Shown: one piece after another, positions 7,091-13,534 of the stretch | How positions within the stretch are numbered: position 1 is the first letter of the stretch | Layout of the letters: every line of letters starts with the position of its first letter | DNA from: an uncultured bacterium | GTDB lineage: Bacteria; Hydrogenedentota; Hydrogenedentia; Hydrogenedentales; JAEUWI01 | Direction: 5' to 3' | Length of the DNA: 13,534 nt | NCBI GenBank assembly: GCA_963977445.1 | Contig: CAXBPH010000193.1 | Span: 1 to 13,534, forward strand | Made by a program: the position numbers and the translations under genes | The notes under the pieces: model-generated | The model's database searches: none | The model's input: the letters and a program-made list of their open reading frames with translations, nothing else | Told to the model about the DNA's origin: nothing

Positions 7091-7270
7091 ATGGCTTCTA
7101 TCAACGTAAACGACATCAAAGAAGAAGTGACCATCAGCGACGAAGAGATGGCCCACGTAAAGGGTGGTCCGGCCTATCTTAAATTGGGTGATATCAAAGG
7201 GGAAGTAGCGGCCCCCCGTACGGTGCCGTCGGAAAACTTCTCCCTTAATTATGAGCGAATCCGCTACTAG
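7091..7270 (+). CDS. Double-glycine-leader peptide 3 (59 aa) with Hcp-like core
   Basis: GGAGGA at 7078-83. Leader ends ISDEEMAHVKGG, core PAYLKLGDIKGEVAAPRTVPSENFSLNYERIRY. 47/59 aa identical to copy 1 and 45/59 to copy 2 (hand count). Confidence 0.88.
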   Translation: MASINVNDIKEEVTISDEEMAHVKGGPAYLKLGDIKGEVAAPRTVPSENFSLNYERIRY

Positions 7271-7402
7271 TAGCTCGTGACGGCCACAGACGTCGATCGC
7301 ACTGAAAATACATCTTATAAACGATCCAGGGACCGGCCGATATTCTCTGTAATCGCAGTCGGTATAAAGAGGGGTACGGGTACGTGCGACGGGAGAGAAT
7401 CC

Positions 7403-7443
7403 ATGGCGGCGCGGTGAAAGTTCACCGCGTCGTTATTGATTTT
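7403..7443 (+). terminator. Probable intrinsic terminator of the peptide operon
   Basis: ATGGCGGCGCGGTGA-AAGT-TCACCGCGTCGTTAT forms a long stem with G-U pairs, followed by TGATTTT. Confidence 0.65.
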
Positions 7444-7456
7444 GGATCCCGATGAA

Positions 7457-7476
7457 CCTGGGGCATACGCCCCAGG
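7457..7476. other. GC-rich hairpin between convergent genes
   Basis: CCTGGGGC-ATAC-GCCCCAGG is a perfect 8-bp stem with no good U-tract. It may be a REP-like element or a 3' end structure of the MFS mRNA. Confidence 0.45.
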
Positions 7477-7558
7477 GGCCGTGGCGGAGCAGTGCCAATA
7501 CCGTTGTCTACTTCCGCAAAGGGCAAGAGCAGGACTTCACGATTGTGACGAACCACGC

Positions 7559-9064
7559 TTAGTCGCCCCGCCACCATCCTGAGGGACGTCGGTGATGGCG
7601 GCGCTCTTCCCGGAGAGTCCCATACGGCGAATAGGTGAGACTCCGCATGCCGGCCACGTTGGAAATACTGCGGGCAAACTTGCGCACTTCACCATAGAAT
7701 TCCTGGACCACCACCCGCTCTTTTACTTCGCCCTCTTCCCGCACGGCCAGGAGGCGGTGCAGCGCGTAGAGGCCCAGAAAGAAGGCGAGCACAAAGAGGA
7801 AATCGAGGCCCCGTAGATTTAATGCGGGCACCGTGAGGCTCTCGCTGGGGCCCCCGATCAGGCCATAGTGTGCGACAAAACTGAATTCACGCACCGCAAA
7901 GTAATCCGCCATAAACCCGCCGCATATGGGCGCAATCGTGGCCGCTATTCCGGTCACCAATCCATTGACTGCGAGGAAGGCCGTCGCCTGACCGCGGGGT
8001 GCCGCTTTCAAGGCGATATTGCTGGAACAGAGAGCGACGCCGGCCGTGGAGATGCCGGCGAGGACGTGAATGCCCACCAGGAGCGGCAGGGTCATACTGT
8101 GGCTCTCCGGCAGGGTCGTAAAGGGCCAGAGGAGAAAGCTGATGACAAAGGCACTCCCCGACACGGACAGAACCGATTTATTGGAGAAGCGGTCCGCCAG
8201 ATTGCCCCAGAGGCGAAAAAACAGAACGTTCATAATCTGGCTCAGGACAGAGAGGGCGAGAACATAGCCCATACTCAGGCCGAGGCGACTGAGCATGTAA
8301 ACGGTGAAGAAAGGTGCGGCAAAATTAATGGCCAGATTCCACAACCCGAGAAAGGCGATGAGATTCCGAAAGTTGGCGTGCCTGAACGGGGCGGAAAGGG
8401 TTTCGTACAACCCCGACACGTGCTGGCCAGTCATTTCCGGCTCGGGGATGCGGCTGAGAAACAAGGTGCCTATGAGGCCCGCGACGCCACCGATGACGAA
8501 ATAGATGGAGTAGATACCCATCACATCACCGGTCTTATCATGATATATATCGACGGCGAAACCGGACACGAGACACAGGAACGCCCCCACGGCCGTGGAC
8601 AGGGTCATGCGCTTGGCAAAATAGCTGCCCATGATGCGCTCGGGGATAAAATCACGCATCCAGGAATTGTAGGAGCAGTTGGCGATGGCCCCAAGACCGA
8701 AATAGATGCACAAGGCCAGGAGCAGGACGGGTAGCCGACCTGCGGGTGGCACGATGAAGGGTATGGCCGCAACGAGGAACCAGGGGAGTCGGGAGGCAAT
8801 ACAACTGAGAACGACGAGCGTACGTCGTTTTCGGTAGCGCGCCACCAGATAAATGGCCGGCACCTGAATCACCTGGGAAAGGGGCTGTATGGCGGCGATG
8901 AGCCCGATTACCACATTGGACGCGCCCAGGTGAAGGGCGAAGGCCACCAGAAAGGCACCCGTGGTAAAGACGCCCATGGTCTGGGACGCGATACCATCCA
9001 GGAGCAGCATGCGGAGGCCGTGTTGTGTTTCCTTGCTATGCAATTCGGGATCGGTGTTTGTCAT
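7559..9064 (-). CDS. Major facilitator superfamily transporter
   Basis: 501 aa with about 12 hydrophobic segments. MFS motif-A-like WGNLADRFSNK, plus SWMRDFIPERIMGSYFAKR and APFFTVYML. Substrate unknown. Confidence 0.9.
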   Translation of the reverse strand: MTNTDPELHSKETQHGLRMLLLDGIASQTMGVFTTGAFLVAFALHLGASNVVIGLIAAIQPLSQVIQVPAIYLVARYRKRRTLVVLSCIASRLPWFLVAAIPFIVPPAGRLPVLLLALCIYFGLGAIANCSYNSWMRDFIPERIMGSYFAKRMTLSTAVGAFLCLVSGFAVDIYHDKTGDVMGIYSIYFVIGGVAGLIGTLFLSRIPEPEMTGQHVSGLYETLSAPFRHANFRNLIAFLGLWNLAINFAAPFFTVYMLSRLGLSMGYVLALSVLSQIMNVLFFRLWGNLADRFSNKSVLSVSGSAFVISFLLWPFTTLPESHSMTLPLLVGIHVLAGISTAGVALCSSNIALKAAPRGQATAFLAVNGLVTGIAATIAPICGGFMADYFAVREFSFVAHYGLIGGPSESLTVPALNLRGLDFLFVLAFFLGLYALHRLLAVREEGEVKERVVVQEFYGEVRKFARSISNVAGMRSLTYSPYGTLREERRHHRRPSGWWRGD

Positions 9065-9239
9065 GATGGACTTCCAGCGCGGGTCTTGGGGTTGCTTCGT
9101 TTATCGTGCCGCGGGGGGAGTTGCAGGTGGGTCAGGAGAACCTTGGATGACTGCAAAAGACTCGACTAAGGGTACAGAACGGTTGGCGCGAATGCAATCT
9201 ATTTGATGGGGTTGCCGTCATCTTGCGGGTGTGAGCGAT

Positions 9240-9824
9240 ATGGTGCACTTCGCCATAACACAGCGGCAGTTGCGGCAGGACATCCCGGGACGGACCCGCG
9301 CCAAGCCCTCTCGATTTTGTGGCGGGGAAGTCGTCGCAAGCAGATTGTCGTGAGAAGGAAAAGGTCATTCCGGGCGTGGGCCTGTCCCTGCGGGGTTTTG
9401 AAGGCAATCTTGCTGGACCGTCAGCAGTGACCCCGCTCCACGGGGACATGCCTCCGCCTTATGGTCTGCGGTGTATTCCTGCGTGGCGGGCACTGGCGAC
9501 ATGGTGCACTTCGCCATTACACAGCGACTGTTGCGGAGGGACGTCCCGGGACGGACCCGCGCACAGCCCTCTCGGTTTTGTGGAAGGGACCTTCGTCGCA
9601 AGCAGATTTTCGTGGGAAGGAAAAGACCATTCCGGGCGTGGGCCTGTCCCTGCGGGGATTGGAAGGCGATCGTGCTGGACCGTCAGCAGTGACCGCACTC
9701 CACGGGGACATGCCTCCGCCTTGTGGTCTGCGGTGTATTTCCACGTGGCTGGCACGGGCGGGATGGTGCACTTCTCTACCACGCCGTGGACGTGCGGCGG
9801 GACGTCCCGGGACGGACTCGCGCC
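9240..9824. repeat. Non-coding tandem repeat, ~261-bp unit x ~2.2, palindrome-rich (REP/BIME-like)
   Basis: Units begin ATGGTGCACTTC at 9240, 9501 and 9763 (periods 261 and 262). Long identical blocks such as CATTCCGGGCGTGGGCCTGTCCCTGCGGGG and TGCTGGACCGTCAGCAGTGACC occur in both full units. Confidence 0.9.
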
Positions 9825-9896
9825 CCAGCGTTGCCGAAAGAGATTCAAGTCTCTTGAGAAGAACGGTAGGCGGTACTCTGGACACCTACCCCTATG

Positions 9897-10742
9897 CTAT
9901 TGGTCGGCCATTTCCGAAAATGACTCCAACAATTCATTCGTCATATCAATCTCTTCCGTTCCCTCAGCAATTTTTAGTGTGAAGTCACTATCGTCAATCC
10001 TGGCACCAAAATTGATATTGCTCAGTTCCATCGATTTCGTCCCCCCCGATGTCATCTTGCGCAGTACACCGTCATTGACGCCCAGATATATTTTTTGCTC
10101 AACATCAAACATCCACTGCCATTCCGGGTTCTTCTTGTACTTCTCGAGGGTCTCCGGTTTCATACGCGACTCAATTACGTACACTTCCTCGCCCTTTAGC
10201 GTCTCTTTGCCTGCCAATTTCAGGTCATACATAGCCCCCAACGAGTCCAGTATTCGCGTTGGATTTATCATGAGACCGGCGCTCATCTCTTCACTGTTCA
10301 ACGCCGCAGCAGGAACCCCAAAAGGCACGCCCAATTTCTTTGCCAGCGTATTCAACGAACCCATGTTCATCCGCATTGGCGGCACCGCAGAAGTTGGCGT
10401 CGTTACCTGCATGTGCATGATGTTGTCCCCGTTGATCACGCCCGTATAGACGACATTGAACGCGGGATTGTCTTCCAACTGGATCATCGACATAGACATC
10501 CACATCGACTCCCCCCGAACGATGATCTTCCCCCCCTTTGCCATTGCATCTACCGGATCGGGACTGGGCTTAGCGGCCGCCACATCCATCGTTATGGTGT
10601 AGTCGGCTGTAAAAGAGTCCTTAGCATCGGAAACGGAAGAAAAATGTTCCTTCAGCTCGTCGATAGTCTTCGGCTCGGCAGCAAACGCACCTATTGCGAC
10701 TAACGACACCGTCACACAAATACAGGTTGCATAAATTCGCAT
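9897..10742 (-). CDS. Secreted or periplasmic protein, probably LolA-like fold
   Basis: Signal peptide (…LVAIGAFA|AE) and AGGAGAAGG RBS. SFTADYTITM, LAGKETLKGEEVYVIE, IYLGVNDGVLRKM and LSNINFGARIDDSDFTLKIAEG resemble LolA/DUF2092-type proteins. Confidence 0.7.
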   Translation of the reverse strand: MRIYATCICVTVSLVAIGAFAAEPKTIDELKEHFSSVSDAKDSFTADYTITMDVAAAKPSPDPVDAMAKGGKIIVRGESMWMSMSMIQLEDNPAFNVVYTGVINGDNIMHMQVTTPTSAVPPMRMNMGSLNTLAKKLGVPFGVPAAALNSEEMSAGLMINPTRILDSLGAMYDLKLAGKETLKGEEVYVIESRMKPETLEKYKKNPEWQWMFDVEQKIYLGVNDGVLRKMTSGGTKSMELSNINFGARIDDSDFTLKIAEGTEEIDMTNELLESFSEMADQ

Positions 10743-10766
10743 GTTTCCTTCTCCTGTGGGCAGATA

Positions 10767-10807
10767 CTAATCAACAACCCCCGGCTCTGCCGGTGGTTGC
10801 TGATTAG
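10767..10807. other. Intergenic long hairpin resembling IS200/IS605-type end palindromes
   Basis: CTAATCA-ACAACC-CCCGG-CTCTG-CCGG-TGGTTG-C-TGATTAG is an imperfect inverted repeat. No transposase nearby. Confidence 0.4.
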
Positions 10808-10838
10808 ACGGAGCCCCATGTTGGACTGCGCCTTGGGA

Positions 10839-11579
10839 TCAGCAGCCGCAGCTGCCGCGCCACTGGGCAACCAGCCCCACCAGCGCTCCGGGTTTCGCAG
10901 CAGATGACAGGTAGAGGGCAAGCCGGGTTTCGGTGTGATGCCCGCCCAGGTTGTAGATCAGGTCCAACCGACCGTCACGGTCGAGATCGCCTGCCCAGCG
11001 CAGGCGGGCATTCCCATCCCCAAACGCCTCCGACTCTTTAAACAGCAACTGTCGTGTGGTGCCCTCGCCCGCTCCCCGCTGGAGCCACAGTTCGTAGTCC
11101 TGAATGCTTTTCTGGGTGTGTTTTTCGAATTGCTTAACGACCGGACGCCCCACAGCCAGGAGGCGCAGACGGGTTTCCGGGGTATCGAGTTCCCAGCGCA
11201 AATCACAGTGTTCTCCCACTGCTAAGGGGACGGGGTATTCCGCCAGCTTCACGAATTTCAGCGGGCCAAGGGCGGCGGACATGAGGCCACGGAACACGAT
11301 GAAGCTGCCCCGCTTGCCCGGCACGGAAATCTGGCGCGGGGCTTTCTCCGGCGCAACTACCAGGGAAGGATCGGGTACGGCACGGACCCGGGTAGGCCGG
11401 AGGATATAGCCATCCTTCCCGTCGGGAAAAATACCCCACCAATCACCGCCGGGCTTGATTTGCCAATCCCACTCGTAGAGTCCGGTGACTGCGATCTGAA
11501 CGGTGTCCCCGGCGTGCGTAGGTGTCGCGGTCAGAAGAGCGGTAACCACGATAACAAACCACGCAAAACTTCGTGACAT
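10839..11579 (-). CDS. Secreted hypothetical protein with one FG-GAP/VCBS-like Ca-binding motif
   Basis: Start at ATG 11579 after GAGGGAGG. Signal peptide (…TATPTHA|GD), WAGDLDRDGRLDLI motif, and C-terminal SCGC. Confidence 0.75.
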   Translation of the reverse strand: MSRSFAWFVIVVTALLTATPTHAGDTVQIAVTGLYEWDWQIKPGGDWWGIFPDGKDGYILRPTRVRAVPDPSLVVAPEKAPRQISVPGKRGSFIVFRGLMSAALGPLKFVKLAEYPVPLAVGEHCDLRWELDTPETRLRLLAVGRPVVKQFEKHTQKSIQDYELWLQRGAGEGTTRQLLFKESEAFGDGNARLRWAGDLDRDGRLDLIYNLGGHHTETRLALYLSSAAKPGALVGLVAQWRGSCGC

Positions 11580-11753
11580 GTCTTTGCCTCCCTCGGGCAC
11601 GGTATTCCGACCGATGCGACTCCCGGGAACATTCCCTCACTGCGTGCCGGTTCGATCCACTATCATGGAGTAAAATACGTTACTTGCCTGGAAAGTTCCC
11701 AGATATTTACCGACGGTCGTCACTGCCAATCAACCATCAAGTGTAATACTGGT

Positions 11754-11960
11754 TCAGTCTACCGCCGTAGGCGTCTGCATGGCCGCAAGATAGGCGGATT
11801 CGTTCTTTTCGACCCATTCTGCCACGACGTAGCGCCCTTCATCCCGGAGCCAGCGGAGAACCATCCTGACGTCGGTCATCGGTATGGTGCCAAGGTCACG
11901 GCATTGCCCCAAAACTTCCAATACGGGTGAAGGAATCGGGGGGTGATCTTCGGCGCTCAT
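11754..11960 (-). CDS. Small hypothetical protein, possibly DUF5049-like
   Basis: 68 aa with AAAGGT RBS. The pattern VLEVL..CRDLG...M.D...V......G....AEWVEKN..AY recalls DUF5049 (recognition from memory). Confidence 0.55.
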   Translation of the reverse strand: MSAEDHPPIPSPVLEVLGQCRDLGTIPMTDVRMVLRWLRDEGRYVVAEWVEKNESAYLAAMQTPTAVD

Positions 11961-12222
11961 AGCTACTACCTTTACGTGATCGCAATCGTCCTAACGGCCG
12001 ACAATGTGCGTGTGGAAGGCCGCAGGAACTTCAGTCTGAGTGTAGCACAGGTTAAACAAACACGCTGAATTCAGGCCAATCCCCCGTTGTCGATTCGGGC
12101 CTACTGTTTAACTTTCCTGGAGGAGGAATATTTTTTCTTAGGAGGTAGCTTGTGCGGAGCGCGGTCTCATGGCGCTTACCGACATCAACACACCCATAAG
12201 CTCCCCCGCTGCGCTCCTCCGC

Positions 12223-12278
12223 GTATAGGTGGCACCCGTTACGGTGGCCGTAGTAACCGTCGGGGGTGCCACCTATAC
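12223..12278. repeat. Perfect 15-bp inverted repeat (REP-like stem-loop)
   Basis: GTATAGGTGGCACCC (12223-37) and GGGTGCCACCTATAC (12264-78), with an inner TACGG-TGG-CCGTA hairpin. Confidence 0.75.
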
Positions 12279-12566
12279 AGACGGGAGTTCACGCCGAAGG
12301 CGGGAAGGAGCGGCTTTATGGGTGCAGGTGATTTGATGTTGCGGCTGCGTCTCCACTCTGTGGTTGAGCACCAGCTTGGGGCGTGGTAATGGAGAATAGA
12401 GCGCTTTCCTACGCGTTCTGTGTCGGGTAGGTGCTCATGGGGGTAGGTGGTCACATGGTTCCGCAGCGCCGATTCTAAGGCCAAATCTCCCCTCAAACTC
12501 CCTTCCAGACCCCCAAGTGTGCTATTCTTTGCCGCGGCTTGGGCACATGGGGAGCAAATAAGGTAC

Positions 12567-13534
12567 ATGCATATCGTGAAGTCTCGCGTACAACAGCCGG
12601 ATGAATCGCGTTGGACCGGTGTCCGCGAGATCACCGTAATGTCGGGCCCCATTATCCTCGGCTCCCTCTCCTTTGCCATCATGGAGTTTATCGACCGGGT
12701 CATGGTCAATAAACTCGGCACGGAGGCCCTGGCAGCGGTCGGTTCGGCGAGTATCTGGTCCTATACCATGAGCACCCTCCTCCTGGGCATCGTCGGCTGT
12801 GTCGGCACCTTCGTCGCCCAGTGTCTCGGACGGGGCGAGAAGCATCTCTGTGGAAAATATGCGTGGCAGGGCCTCTATCTCTCTCTCATTGCTGGATTTA
12901 TAGCCGTCGCCTTCTACCCGATTGCCCCCTATCTCTTTGGGATTATGGGCCATGATCCGGAAGTTACCCGGCTGGAATTGATTTATTTTCAAATTCGACT
13001 GTTCAGTTACTTGCCCCTGGCCATCGCCACGGCCCTGGCCACCTTCTTTCAGGCCTCCAATTACTCTGTTGTGCCCATGTTTATCGCGATTATTGGCACC
13101 CTCCTGAATATCGTCCTGAATTACATGTTTATCTTCGGAAACTGGGGGGCACCCGCATTGGGCATTGCCGGGGCCGCCTGGTCGACCAATGTATCCATGC
13201 TTTTACAATGTATACTCCTCTTCGTCGTGTTTCTGAGCCCCTTCATGCACCGCCGATTCCACACGCGGGCGGATATTGGCTACGATCGCGAAAAACTGAT
13301 GGAAATCGTCCGCGTGGGTGCCCCTGCGGGGGGTATGATGTTCCTGGACGTGGCCAACTGGAGCATTTTTATCAGTTTTGTTGTTGGAAGGCTCGGTGCC
13401 GTACCCCTGGCGGCCAACAATGTTGCCTTAAGCTTCATGCAATTGTGCTTTATCCCGGCGTTCGCCCTGAATCAGGGGGTTTCGGCCATCGTGGGCCAGT
13501 GGATCGGCCGGGGCGATTATGCCCGAGCGAAAGC
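12567..13534 (+). CDS. MATE family efflux transporter (truncated by window end; absent from the ORF track)
   Basis: Hand translation: MHIVKSRVQQPDESRWTGVREITVMSGPIILGSLSFAIMEFIDRVMVNKLGTEALAAVG...TFVAQCLGRGE...LNIVLNYMFIFGNWGAPALGIAGAAWST...VGQWIGRGDYARAK. These are NorM/MATE motifs. Confidence 0.92.
   Translation, partial: MHIVKSRVQQPDESRWTGVREITVMSGPIILGSLSFAIMEFIDRVMVNKLGTEALAAVGSASIWSYTMSTLLLGIVGCVGTFVAQCLGRGEKHLCGKYAWQGLYLSLIAGFIAVAFYPIAPYLFGIMGHDPEVTRLELIYFQIRLFSYLPLAIATALATFFQASNYSVVPMFIAIIGTLLNIVLNYMFIFGNWGAPALGIAGAAWSTNVSMLLQCILLFVVFLSPFMHRRFHTRADIGYDREKLMEIVRVGAPAGGMMFLDVANWSIFISFVVGRLGAVPLAANNVALSFMQLCFIPAFALNQGVSAIVGQWIGRGDYARAK

Larger units (their letters stand above)
6560..7270 (+). 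repeat. Tandem triplication, 252-bp period (180-bp CDS + 72-bp spacer)
   Basis: ATGs at 6587, 6839 and 7091; stops end at 6766, 7018 and 7270. Both spacers are 72 nt and share GCGACTTCA..TTACT.GTAAA.CAACAAT.TATCCCGTGCAGGGATGGAGGAATTTATC. Confidence 0.95.

Noticed and set aside
6560..7270. CRISPR array or hcp pseudogene interpretation of the 252-bp repeat
   Set aside because: The units are intact ORFs with SD sequences and conservative substitutions. There is no short-repeat/unique-spacer pattern and no cas gene.
6587..7270. Lanthipeptide, sactipeptide or other classic modified RiPP cluster
   Set aside because: The cores have no Cys and no modifying enzyme is encoded in the window. Modification in trans cannot be excluded.
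7559..9064. MFS as the dedicated exporter of the peptides
   Set aside because: It is convergent and separated by a terminator, and GG leaders are handled by C39-ABC transporters rather than MFS proteins.
1147..9206. Numerous antisense or alternate-frame ORFs within the GT, antiporter and MFS genes (e.g. 2250-3134, 4765-5430, 7868-8734)
   Set aside because: These are typical shadow ORFs of GC-rich coding sequence that overlap well-supported genes.
9132..10449. ORFs across the 261-bp repeat (9319-10449, 9461-9982, 9459-9848 and others)
   Set aside because: The frame shifts between repeat units, no motifs are recognisable, and part is antisense to the 9897-10742 gene.
12087..12992. ORFs 12087-12389, 12239-12721 and 12522-12992
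   Set aside because: They are antisense shadows of the MATE gene or span the intergenic palindrome, and lack protein-like features.

Overview
Bacterial chromosomal window of mostly housekeeping or envelope genes. It holds a SelW/Rdx-like redoxin, a triple-domain glycosyltransferase fusion, a CvrA/NhaP2-type K+/H+ antiporter, an MFS transporter, two secreted proteins, a small DUF5049-like ORF and a MATE transporter that runs off the right edge. The left edge carries three tandem sigma70-type promoters on the minus strand and a boxB-like hairpin, suggesting the upstream region of an rRNA operon just outside the window. The standout is 6470-7443: a sigma54-type promoter followed by three 59-aa genes at an exact 252-bp period, then a terminator. 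Each peptide has a double-glycine (GG) leader. Its 33-aa core looks like two conserved segments of the type VI secretion tube protein Hcp joined by a short variable linker, suggesting an exported 'mini-Hcp' peptide family. No transporter, maturase or T6SS gene is in the window. A ~261-bp structured non-coding tandem repeat lies at 9240-9824. All family calls come from motif recognition by eye; no searches were run.
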